The notes beneath the pieces were generated by a model. That model was not told where the DNA came from, made no database searches, and worked only from the letters and a program-made list of their open reading frames with translations. Positions 25,621 through 34,685 of a stretch of DNA of 64,000 bases are shown here, in pieces (position 1 is the stretch's first letter; every line of letters begins with the position of its first letter). The DNA comes from Nitrosopumilus sp. (GTDB lineage Archaea; Thermoproteota; Nitrososphaeria; Nitrososphaerales; Nitrosopumilaceae): assembly GCA_965207445.1 (NCBI GenBank), contig CBDBLX010000002.1, forward strand, positions 1,943,849 to 2,007,848. Direction: 5' to 3'. The translations under genes and the position numbers were made by a program.

Positions 25621-25918
25621 TCCTTCTGTCCCTTGCCGCAACGTCCCTTGATTCATGTATGCTGCCGTCCAGCTCAATTATCAGAACCAGTTCTCCGTCT
25701 TGGTCGGTCACTACTATGTCTGGAGTGTGGATGAGGCGCGTTTTTGACAGGGCGGATATGTCTATGCGGTTCATGTGCTCCCCATGTATCTTACGGCCGC
25801 GGCGGGTAAACTCCACGGTACACTCTTGTCTTATCTGACCCATCCGTATTCTGTAGTATTTCCTAAGATGCTTTACAATGGCGAATATGGGGCCGCTGTC
25901 ACTGTATCTCTCATCCAC
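25621..25918 (-). pseudogene. 5' part of DUF559/Vsr-like PD-(D/E)XK endonuclease gene directly downstream of viperin (probable GTG start 25918)
   Basis: HTPDIVV..LIIELDGSIHES motif; aligns with 31470-31982; truncated at IS66 right end. Confidence 0.8.
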
Positions 25919-25946
25919 GTGCGCGTCGCGTGTGCGCTTGTTCCTC

Positions 25947-26816
25947 CTAGTCCCAGTCGTAAAGACCCCCCCTTTCCTCAAATTTGTTTGTGTCGATCCT
26001 CACGTCCTTCAGGGCATCGGCTATTCCGACTTCCAAAATCGGGCGACTGTACGAGTACCTGCCGTCCACGTTGTCAAAGAACCGCCCCAATGGATCTACC
26101 ATAGCATAGCTGCCAGTCATCATGTCGTTGTCCTCCGGTATGACTACTATGCCCTCCCGTTCTATCCGCCTGTGCCGTTCCACATACGCCTTGAACTGGT
26201 TCGCTGTTACTTGGAAGCTGTGCATGGACTCGTCGTTCTGTCCCGCCACCGTCAACGCTTGCATGATCTTCCACCTTTCTGGCTCTGCTGCCCTGATGAA
26301 CCCGGACATGTCCTCCTCGTGGTTGTATAATGTGACCACGGTGTTGATCTTTAACCTGACTCCGTGCATCTTTATGGATCTGGCAGTCCAGAGGTACTCT
26401 TCTGCAGTTATGGAGCCCAGACTCGTGGCGCGTCCGGACATCTCATTTGTTACGGGCCTGATACTGTCTACACTGAGCGCAACCCAGTCCAAGCATCGGT
26501 GCATGCTTTTAAGCCAGTCCTCCGTCATCCTGCTCCCGTTGGTAACTATGGATGTGGTCATGCCACCGTACTTGGCTTCCTTGATTAGATCATCCAGCCC
26601 GGGATACAGCATAGGCTCTCCACCTGCAAAGTTGATCTTTTCATATCCCGCGTCTGCAAGCAATCTGACGATCTCCACGACCTCTTCTGATCCGAGATTC
26701 TTGTGTGACAGATTCGCGGCATAGCAGTGGCCGCAGCTCATGTTGCATGCTTGCAACAGATGATAGTTTACCGACGGAATTGCCACTGTTGTCCGGTCGG
26801 ATATCTTTTTATTCAT
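25947..26816 (-). CDS. Viperin-family antiviral radical SAM enzyme (prokaryotic viperin, RSAD2-like)
   Basis: SVNYHL..CNMSCGHC, KINFAGGEP, TSIVTNGS, LSVDS, LKINTVV, PERWK..Q, GQND, EDNDMMTGSYAMVDPLGRFFDN, YSRPILEVG, F.ERGGLYDW. Confidence 0.95.
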   Translation of the reverse strand: MNKKISDRTTVAIPSVNYHLLQACNMSCGHCYAANLSHKNLGSEEVVEIVRLLADAGYEKINFAGGEPMLYPGLDDLIKEAKYGGMTTSIVTNGSRMTEDWLKSMHRCLDWVALSVDSIRPVTNEMSGRATSLGSITAEEYLWTARSIKMHGVRLKINTVVTLYNHEEDMSGFIRAAEPERWKIMQALTVAGQNDESMHSFQVTANQFKAYVERHRRIEREGIVVIPEDNDMMTGSYAMVDPLGRFFDNVDGRYSYSRPILEVGIADALKDVRIDTNKFEERGGLYDWD

Positions 26817-26850
26817 ACATGATATCTAACACATACAGCTTGATGTATAT

Positions 26851-26960
26851 TCTCAAGTGGGCCACATAGTGTAAAATCGTGCGGAACTTGTATACCTGTT
26901 CATTTGACCCGCACCGCAATTATCTCAAGTGGGGCCACATAGTGTAAAATCGTGCTGAAC
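26851..26960. repeat. 37/38-bp direct repeat pair with 35-bp spacer (mini-CRISPR-like or operator) in viperin promoter region
   Basis: tctcaagtggg(g)ccacatagtgtaaaatcgtgc(g/t)gaac at 26851 and 26923. Confidence 0.8.
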
Positions 26961-27050
26961 GGCAAATTTGCCCAATCCAAGTTGCGCTGAGGCGCTTGTC
27001 TGTATTCGTCACAGTCAGACTCTAAGCCTACTACCCGTGTGTACGGATTG

Positions 27051-27155
27051 GAATGTGCCGTGTGTGCCAGAGTTATTTCTACAACCCCAAGCAGACGAGG
27101 CCGCGACCATGAAGAACAACTGAGAATGTGCTATGTATGCCAGAGTTATTTCTAC
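27051..27155. repeat. 32-bp direct repeat pair (3 mismatches), 73-bp period
   Basis: gaatgtgc..tgt.tgccagagttatttctac at 27051 and 27124. Confidence 0.75.
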
Positions 27156-27325
27156 GAGGGTGTTGTACTACAGGCTGTCAACCATGTGGTTGTCGCGTAA
27201 TTCGCCTCCATACTGACTGTGGTGGCTTTACATCCGGGCCGCTGAAACCAGTCTGAAGGCATCTTACGTACCGGCCTTACCAATATCGTAAAATTTTTAG
27301 ATGCTGCGAATCTGGCAATGGTGTA

Positions 27326-28369
27326 ATGGATGAGTCTCCCGCATATTATGACCATATAATGGAATTGCTGAAAACGCATGATGAACATCTGACCGTAGCC
27401 GACATCGTAAAACTGGCCGACAAGAATACCTTTTCAACTCGCAGGGCACTTAAGCGATTAATAAAAGACGGCATAGTTATGCGTGAGAGAATAGGCAAAA
27501 CAGATCATTACTACCCGGCGGAAGATTCTGCCGTCGAGATGGACAAATTTAATAACCTGATGAAAAAGCTAGATGATACTGTAGAAAACCTGAAGAAAGA
27601 TTTTCCAACATATCCTTCCAACATGTTGTATTTCATAAACGAGATAAGCTCTTCCGGTGTTACCAAGATAGAATCCATAAAAGACCATGTGAAGGTTGTA
27701 ACAACCGGTTACAAAGAACAACGGATAATATATGAAAAAGTCACTAGAGACATCAGATCTATGTGTCATAGGCACGTAAAAAATCCTCTTCTGATGAAGC
27801 GTCTGCTCTCATACGAGTCCGACGCCTACCAAGTCTTTCAAGAAACCGTCAAAAAGCGCCTAAGATTGGCAAAGAAACGAGACAATCTACACGCAAGTTC
27901 CCGAAAAAAAATCGCGAATCATATCGAAAAACTAGCCTACATAATGGACACGTTGGTTTATGATGCAGATCATGTAAAAGAATGCTTGGAGTTTGGTGAG
28001 GAAGTTCCCTACGACTACAAAGACTCGCGTGATGAATCAAGGGGAATACTGATCAACCTTGAACAAAAACGCGACATGCTCCGAGACAGTCTAGAGTCTG
28101 CAAAGCGATGGACAACTGCCTACAGGAAGGGCCACTCCGATGCAGTATTGGAAAACAAGCATCCGTCAAGTGAATTTGATGAAGCGGCCGGAAAACTGTC
28201 GGAGATGCAACAAGGCTTGAGAGACCTTGACATACTGATCCGGACAGGTATTGAGAAATCCATAGCGGAGGAAAAGGATTACGAATTGAGCGCTGTGCTC
28301 ACGGAAGTAGAGAAAAATCTGCAGGAATATAAGCGGAACTTGAGAGAGATTGCAGACGATACCGGTTAA
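27326..28369 (+). CDS. N-terminal winged-helix DNA-binding protein with long helical C-terminus, divergent from viperin
   Basis: IMELLK..LTVADIVKLADKNTFSTRRALKRLIKDGIVMRERIGKTDHYY wHTH pattern. Confidence 0.75.
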   Translation: MDESPAYYDHIMELLKTHDEHLTVADIVKLADKNTFSTRRALKRLIKDGIVMRERIGKTDHYYPAEDSAVEMDKFNNLMKKLDDTVENLKKDFPTYPSNMLYFINEISSSGVTKIESIKDHVKVVTTGYKEQRIIYEKVTRDIRSMCHRHVKNPLLMKRLLSYESDAYQVFQETVKKRLRLAKKRDNLHASSRKKIANHIEKLAYIMDTLVYDADHVKECLEFGEEVPYDYKDSRDESRGILINLEQKRDMLRDSLESAKRWTTAYRKGHSDAVLENKHPSSEFDEAAGKLSEMQQGLRDLDILIRTGIEKSIAEEKDYELSAVLTEVEKNLQEYKRNLREIADDTG

Positions 28370-28377
28370 AACCCAGT

Positions 28378-28485
28378 TATAGCGACAGGTATAAGTTTCC
28401 GTACAGTGAATTTTTGTGATTTCGTGCCCGAAATAATCACATGTGGCAAAGTCCAATTGTGAAAGCGTTACAGGAAATCACAATA
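28378..28485 (-). repeat. 108-bp dispersed repeat family B copy 2 (inverted relative to copy 1)
   Basis: tatagcgac...atcacaata = reverse complement of 22244-22351. Confidence 0.8.
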
Positions 28486-28486
28486 A

Positions 28487-29864
28487 CAGTAATTCGCAAT
28501 GTATTTTATATGATTTTATTTGAATAATCTACAATGTCGTTAAACGTTGATGATCATACTTGATCAGATCAAATAGAAAGTATAATATGTGGGAACATTT
28601 TAGTACCTCTGATTAAGTATGAAAAATGAGATACTAGAACATCAATATGAATTAGGACAAGTAAATTATAAAGTTTTACGAAAACGATTCAACGATCTCG
28701 GATTAAACATATCAACCAGATATAACCGCAAGTATGTGGTGGATGATTATCTTGGTACTTACTACCTTGTCGCTCAACAACATGTGCGTAAATGCAACAA
28801 CTCACAAAAGAAAACGCGATAAAACTAACTGTTTTAGAAAAAACGAGCGTATAAGCATACCATCTGAAAATACTGTGCTCAAATGCCTAAAGAGTGCAGA
28901 TCTAGAGCAAGTAAAACAATGGAGTGACGAGAACGTCAAAACTGTTTAACAATGCCAGAAAACACAACATGCTCAAAAAAGGCAGGCACTATTGTAATTG
29001 ATATGGCCGGATAAAAATATTATGGCAAGGCACTCAAACCTGAGATGCTAAAAACAAAGCCCAAAAATGGCACCGCGATTTCATTCATTTATGACAACAC
29101 AAATGCCAAATCAAGCAGGTAATTGTTTGCGCATCGTGTGACCAGTAATGACAAAATGGTCACAATTATGCGTAAAATCATTGAAAAATTAATTCGAGAG
29201 GATGCACGTCCGGAACTTGGCCTCTTTGATCGAGGTTTTTACAACGTTGCATGCATAGATGAACTTTTGCGCCTGCGCCTGTCTTTCATAATGTGGGCAA
29301 TCAAAAATAAGCGCATACAAAAACACATTTTAAAAGTTCACAACAAAAAGAGAAAAACTGCATCCGTCATTGAGATGCGTGACAAAAACAAAAAAGCAGT
29401 CAAATTTACATTACTTGTCGTCAAGAAAAAAAATAATGCCAAAAAAACTGATGACATAGTTGATCAGTATGTAGCATTTGCCACAAATATGAAAATCACT
29501 AGCAAAAGCAAACTCATCAAAACCATCCCAGAGACTTATTGTAGGCGTCAGATAATAGAGACGAGACATAGTGATAAAAAACACGACTTCAAAGACAACT
29601 AGCAACGCCTTGCAGCTTCGATTACTGTTGATATTTTTTGAATGTTATTATATGGTTTATGGGTAATGGCAATGTACGAAAATTACGGCTGACTTGTAGA
29701 TGAAAAATTATTCACAATGGATTATTTATGGATTCAATTGCCGGATCAATCAGAAGACTGCTTCGGCGGGAATTGGAGCACGGTGGTTCCTTGCCATTGT
29801 AAATCTATCGCACTGCATAATTAGAAATAAGATCATTAAAAATTGAGCACATTGCGAACTACTG
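28487..29864 (+). mobile_element. Decayed ISH3/IS4-like insertion sequence (~1.38 kb)
   Basis: TIRs cagtaattcgcaatgt (28487) and acattgcgaactactg (29849-29864), 15/16 match. Confidence 0.8.
28619..29691 (+). pseudogene. Fragmented ISH3/IS4-like DDE transposase
   Basis: Several frameshifted pieces; LFDRGFY, YVAFATN, Y..R..IET motifs. Confidence 0.8.
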
Positions 29865-29946
29865 ACATACAAAACTAGAATACTCGTTTGGGGGCAAACT
29901 ACATAATGCGGCGCCAGACCTGTTTACATTTGTCAAATATCCGGGC

Positions 29947-30210
29947 ATGCCACCTACCAACAACAAATTCGAACGAACACTGCGGTGGCGCGTCGTGATT
30001 CACAAAAAGATTCGTCAGATGTTTCGCAGTACAACAGGAATGGAAGTTTATGGCATATTGATGTCGTGCATGATGACAGGTTATTATCAGGACAAGGATC
30101 TTGTAAATAATATCCATGACATTATCATGGCAAGCTAAATCATTCACCAAATTTCATCACATAGCAGTAGATGTGTGTCGAGGTGTACATGTAGGGGGTT
30201 TAACTGTTAC
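29947..30210 (+). mobile_element. IS66-family 3' remnant (transposase C-terminus plus right end)
   Basis: PPTNNKFERTLR...KKIRQMFRS..GM motif; right end gggggtttaactgttac resembles the IS66 TIRs in this window. Confidence 0.7.
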
Positions 30211-30228
30211 GATCTAAAGCAGAGTACA

Positions 30229-31467
30229 TCAGATCAGACTTGAGGCAATATCTGCCATTCTAGAATGTTCACTACGCGAGAACCAGCTGCTCTCCACGAC
30301 TATAGGGATGCGCGCCCCTGTAGACTCGACGTACCCCCATTTCTCCCGTTCTGTGTGGATTTTTGTGCCCCGAAGTAGCATCAGCGGCCATGCGCGCACC
30401 TTGGGCACTCCCCGTTCCAAGCACCACTCTACAGAGTCACGAAAGCGCTCCACCGTCTGGAAGGGAAGCCCGTAGATCAGGGAGACCTCGTAAGGTATCC
30501 GCCGCCCGTTCAGTTTTGTGATGACATTCTCCACCGAGTCCATGTTGTTTGGCCTGCCGACGGCCCACGCCTCGTCGTCATGAACCGTCTGCAGGCCGAA
30601 CTCAAGCGTGACATCAAGCGGTTCGACCGCGTCCAGAAAGACGTCGGTAACCAGCTCAAAGCGACACTGTAGCGACAGATGAGCCCTAATGCGAATTTCC
30701 TTCAGACAGTCCAGTAGTTCCATCGCTCGCTTGACATCTGTGTTGAAGATCGGATCCAGCACGGCAATCTTGCGCGTCCCGGCATCGCGAAACGCGGACA
30801 TCTCGCGCCGCAGGCGTCCCGTCGCCAGATTTGCGTTGCGAAGGCGGGCTCCGGGCTGCTTGTGCTGGCAGAACGTGCAGGTAAACAGACAACCGCGCTG
30901 AGTCTCCCACCGTACAAAGTCGCTTATCGGAGAGGTGCCGTCAAGGTGCGGCGAGTGCAACGCGTTTAGCGGAAAGTCGGCCCTAGTGCAAAGGTCTGGC
31001 ATTCCTGCAACATGGATTCCATGCAAGCCATTCTCCGCGTGTCCTACGGCCAGCGACACCATCGCAAGCTCTCCGTTCCCGCGTACAAAATAGCGGGCTC
31101 CGGGATACAGTTGCTCAAGTCGTCCCGGCCCTGTGTATGAGACCTGCGGCCCCCCGAGCACCACGTCGACCTTGGGGCAAAGTGCGCGCAAAAGCACATG
31201 TACCTCCGGCTCGCACCACACAAAGGCACTGATTCCGACCAAGACTTGGGCCCCAACCTCAGAGATGGCTTCCGTGACGCGGTCGAGGAAGGTATTCATA
31301 GAGAATTCCGGTTTATTTACCGCGTCCGTGACGATCCTGACATAACTCCCATAGGCACGGAGGGACGAAGCGATCGATGCGGCGCCCAGTCCGAAGGGTG
31401 GATCCCCTTTCCTCAACCAGTCCAGTGAGACCAGAATAACCGGACGCGGTGGCACTGATCGTGGCAC
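30229..31467 (-). CDS. Cobalamin-binding (class B) radical SAM enzyme (probable GTG start 31467, ~412 aa)
   Basis: B12-binding part (LGAASIAS..VGISAFVW..VVLGGPQVS..GNGE), WETQRGCLFTCTFC CxxxCxxC, LEFGLQT, LIYGLPFQT; GGAGG 10 nt before GTG, 2 nt after upstream stop. Confidence 0.88.
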   Translation of the reverse strand: MPRSVPPRPVILVSLDWLRKGDPPFGLGAASIASSLRAYGSYVRIVTDAVNKPEFSMNTFLDRVTEAISEVGAQVLVGISAFVWCEPEVHVLLRALCPKVDVVLGGPQVSYTGPGRLEQLYPGARYFVRGNGELAMVSLAVGHAENGLHGIHVAGMPDLCTRADFPLNALHSPHLDGTSPISDFVRWETQRGCLFTCTFCQHKQPGARLRNANLATGRLRREMSAFRDAGTRKIAVLDPIFNTDVKRAMELLDCLKEIRIRAHLSLQCRFELVTDVFLDAVEPLDVTLEFGLQTVHDDEAWAVGRPNNMDSVENVITKLNGRRIPYEVSLIYGLPFQTVERFRDSVEWCLERGVPKVRAWPLMLLRGTKIHTEREKWGYVESTGARIPIVVESSWFSRSEHSRMADIASSLI

Positions 31468-31469
31468 TG

Positions 31470-31982
31470 TCAGGGTCCTCCTGTTCGGTTTGACCTGGCC
31501 CGGGCGAGAATGGACTGGATGTGCAGTCCAGCCGGTTTTCTCATTCCGAGCCTTTCCAACTCCCGGTCCAATCTCTCGGCCATGCACGTCCGGCTTGAAC
31601 GTATCTCGGAGCTCTTCAGGACGACGCACGGAATGCCGGCCTTGGCGTAGTGGCCGTTCCGTAGTCTGTTCCTTATTGCAAGAGCCGCCGACTCGTGTAT
31701 CATGCCGTCCTGCTCTACCACGAAGAGTAGTCCACCCGCGCCGTCAGTCACCGCGAGGTCGGGGGTGTGGACTAGCCCTTTTATCCACTCGGTCTGTCCG
31801 ATCTTGTGCGTTCCGAGCAGCTTGTAACCTCCGGCACGAAACAGTACACGGCATTCGATCAGTATTTGGGAGGCCCGTATCTTGTGCTCCTTTCTCAGGT
31901 ACTTCTTGATCTTGAAGACTATGTCAGAGTCGAGTCGTTCGCCACCCAATCCGTTCCGAAATTTCTTTGGATTGACCTTCAT
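31470..31982 (-). CDS. DUF559/Vsr-like PD-(D/E)XK endonuclease, intact paralog of the viperin-linked gene
   Basis: HTPDLAV..VVEQDGMIHES..RNGHYAKAGIPCVVL. Confidence 0.78.
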   Translation of the reverse strand: MKVNPKKFRNGLGGERLDSDIVFKIKKYLRKEHKIRASQILIECRVLFRAGGYKLLGTHKIGQTEWIKGLVHTPDLAVTDGAGGLLFVVEQDGMIHESAALAIRNRLRNGHYAKAGIPCVVLKSSEIRSSRTCMAERLDRELERLGMRKPAGLHIQSILARARSNRTGGP

Positions 31983-32294
31983 TCACGCCTTGCCCTCCGT
32001 TGCTCAATGCGGAATTCTGGCCGAGCCAAAGCCGATGGGTCCGGCATATCTAGTGAGGGCCGGCGTCGGAACAGAAACCTGTTTTCCTGTGATGTGTGGT
32101 GTGTGGGGAGGCAGACGTGAATCAACGCCACAAGGTTGATTTCGGGATTCATGACATTATTTACACCCTGCTTTATTAAAGAAAAACGGACAGTTGACAA
32201 TTTAGTTTGAGCTTGGGTAGTCTTACGTATGTGCCATTCTCGGTTCAAACTGTCCGGCTTTCTTATATACGAGATGCACTAGTATTCTTAGATA

Positions 32295-33545
32295 ATGAAG
32301 GACCACAATTGGGACGATTCAACGCCGTTCGAGGCTACGATCTCCAAAGCTGCCGCTCGGAAGATTAAGTTTAGCAGCAAATGGGACGATTCAACGCCGT
32401 TCGAGGCTGAAACGTACGTGGATCAACCGTACGGTCAGCGGGTGAAGCAGGGCCTTACGATTGACAGAAGCAGTAACAATTCTAACGCTTACGACGATAT
32501 GATTCTCTTAGAGATGAGTGATGGCAAGATGCCCCTGGATCGTCTGTCCCTGCTATCAGGACCATTATACAGATTGCGCCGCAAGAATGACTGGAACACT
32601 AAGCGGTGGGCCAATGCCCAAATGGCAAAGCAAACCAATGCTGACAAACATATGATTGATCTCTTTACACCAATCCTGCTTGACATGTTGTCGTATGATC
32701 CGCCCACGGCAAGGGACTGGAAGAACGTATCCGAGAAAAATGAAAAACAGGTACGACGGACGGAGGAATATTATCAGCACATGATAAGCAAACCGAATAG
32801 TGGGATACGGTTGATACTCTGGGAAAAGGATGGGAGCATTTCCACATACCCCAAAAGGATCGTTCGGGATGATGTCTGCGACTCCCGCGTCGCCGAAATT
32901 GCCACACCATATTCCAGTCCCACAGTTAGCGACGCGTCATTTGATCCAAGGGTGTTTGTCGACGAGATATATGTCAGGAGAGAAAGGCGGTTCTGGAAGA
33001 ATGCCTTGCGTGTGCTGTCCAGATGGCTGGAAGGAGGGGGCCGCATGCGACCACAAAAAGCAGGGTGGCTCCCGTACCATATCGTAAACAACGACATCGG
33101 ATTACACGTCCTCTTTGACAATCTTTCTGTGGAGTACGAATCGCGCTGGCTGAATACTCTAGGCGCAAAGTCTCAAGCCGAGTTTTGCAACGGAAGCATA
33201 CGAATCTTCGGCGAGGACATGTATCTGGGCGGGACAGTTCCGGATCCCTACGGCCTGGACAATGCGAAGAAGGCAGTCGAAGAGCACGAGTCTTTTCTTG
33301 CCGACTTTGGGAAAGAGGTGCCCGAAAACCTCCAACATTTTATGATTCCTCAAGACAAGATGAGTGAGCGCATACGCGATCTGATCATGGAAGCCGCCGT
33401 CGAACTAAAGCCACAGCGGGTCGAGCCGGACAGGGTTTTCGATGTCCGACGGCTTTGTTCTCGAACTGCCTCTGCAGACGAGTGGGATCTTGTCTGCATG
33501 GCTCTTGCATCCAGCAGTCTGCAGTCGAAGAAACTAGAAAGTTGA
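32295..33545 (+). CDS. Hypothetical protein (416 aa) with duplicated N-terminal WDDSTPFEA motif
   Basis: Long ORF, upstream TATA-like cttatata; 27-bp perfect repeat at 32310 and 32382. Confidence 0.65.
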   Translation: MKDHNWDDSTPFEATISKAAARKIKFSSKWDDSTPFEAETYVDQPYGQRVKQGLTIDRSSNNSNAYDDMILLEMSDGKMPLDRLSLLSGPLYRLRRKNDWNTKRWANAQMAKQTNADKHMIDLFTPILLDMLSYDPPTARDWKNVSEKNEKQVRRTEEYYQHMISKPNSGIRLILWEKDGSISTYPKRIVRDDVCDSRVAEIATPYSSPTVSDASFDPRVFVDEIYVRRERRFWKNALRVLSRWLEGGGRMRPQKAGWLPYHIVNNDIGLHVLFDNLSVEYESRWLNTLGAKSQAEFCNGSIRIFGEDMYLGGTVPDPYGLDNAKKAVEEHESFLADFGKEVPENLQHFMIPQDKMSERIRDLIMEAAVELKPQRVEPDRVFDVRRLCSRTASADEWDLVCMALASSSLQSKKLES

Positions 33546-33843
33546 CGTGATTCGACTTTCTTGGGAAACACCGGGGGCGGACCTGCGATTCTTTTTGTCG
33601 CAACCGTACACCCTGCTCGGAAGCGACTAGTGGGCCTTGAGGCGCCTCCAACTTCTTTAGTCTCCCTGTTTGTATTTGCAAGTAGTTTTTGGATGCTTTT
33701 ATTTCATCATGTACGATTCTAGTAATGAGAAACTGAAACGGGCCCTCCAGTATTAAGTTGAGCAAGGCCGGGCAAGTGATGTCATCTAAGAAACAGATGT
33801 AGAAACTACTGTCTGCTATTACGCAGGGTGCCGTGTTGCTCAA
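33385..33843 (-). pseudogene. PIN-domain toxin-like gene, apparently truncated after ~65 codons
   Basis: VIADSSFYI...ITRIVHDEI PIN N-terminal motif; rest overlaps opposite-strand ORF and looks non-coding. Confidence 0.6.
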
Positions 33844-34372
33844 TTTCTTAGCTCGTTATATCTTTCTTCGGTGACTAGTCCCTTGGAGAACAGTGAGTTG
33901 GCTAGCCTGTCCGGTTTTCCCTGTTACCGACCAGTTCGTCATAAATATTAGATGTATCAGCATAATCCGGATACGTCATATATATCAGAAACAGCAGCTC
34001 CTCCCATCCCAGTTTATCATATACGTTCCGGGTCAGTTTCAGAGCTTGGAGCAAATTTGCAAACCTCTCGTTTCCCTTGTATTGATCGACGATCTTGTTA
34101 AAATAATCCCTGCCGTATTGAGTTATGCTTATGGTTCCATCCCGTCGCACCTTATACGCGTTGTCAAGGTGCAGGGGATCCTCCGTTACCTCTTGGAGTG
34201 TTTGGGAGTATGGACCATGGTAGTGTTTTTCAAAGCCAAAGATCTCGTTTATCTTTGGGACTGCCCGAGATGCGATGAACATCTCTTTTTGCAGATGCCA
34301 CATCGACGGTATCGGGTTGTCTTTGACCCCTAGTAGCAGAGCTATGTATCTCTCGGATTCCTCGCCCAACAT
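33840..34372 (-). pseudogene. SocA/Panacea (DUF4065)-like or YwgA-like antitoxin, frameshifted near the 3' end
   Basis: HLQKEMF..FEKHYHGPYS motif; shifted frame gives RLANSLFSKGLVTEERYNELRN* overlapping the PIN TTG start. Confidence 0.6.
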
Positions 34373-34529
34373 TATCCCTCCTGTGCGTTTTATTTTTGGA
34401 TATTTAAAGAAACGACGTTGGGCTCAAAAAGTGGCAAGTCGACGTTATGACATACGGTGACTAATCAGGTGTGTCCTGCTGTAACGCCTCGTTTTACAAC
34501 AGAATACATGATAACATCCCTCGATATCG

Positions 34530-34655
34530 TATAATGATGAATCAACCCCTAGTGGTTTATGGGACACGATCCCTTGCAACAGAATGGGGCAATTCAAGCT
34601 GCCGTATAATTGGGCTGCGAGCCCCGATAGGAGTATGCAGCTTCTGTTTCATCAA
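34530..34655 (+). ncRNA. Putative IS110 bridge/seek RNA-like structured non-coding end
   Basis: Two stem-internal-loop-hairpin modules: cccc/gggg enclosing ggga-cacga-tccc, and aagctgc/gcagctt enclosing gggct-gcg-agccc; outer tgatgaa/ttcatca pairing; directly upstream of IS110 ORF. Confidence 0.55.
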
Positions 34656-34685
34656 ATACATCCAAAAGGAGGTGAGAGAAAAAGG

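Noticed and set aside
22241..28488. 3-bp aca target duplication outside the 108-bp inverted repeats
   Set aside because: The right aca overlaps the TIR of the adjacent ISH3-like element, so it is probably coincidental
31468..31629. N-terminal 54 codons of the 466-aa radical SAM ORF
   Set aside because: Overlaps the upstream nuclease gene; GGAGG plus GTG at 31467 is the better start
31979..32248. 89-aa ORF with ATGA overlap to the nuclease gene
   Set aside because: No motif, weak start and mixed composition; cannot support it as a gene
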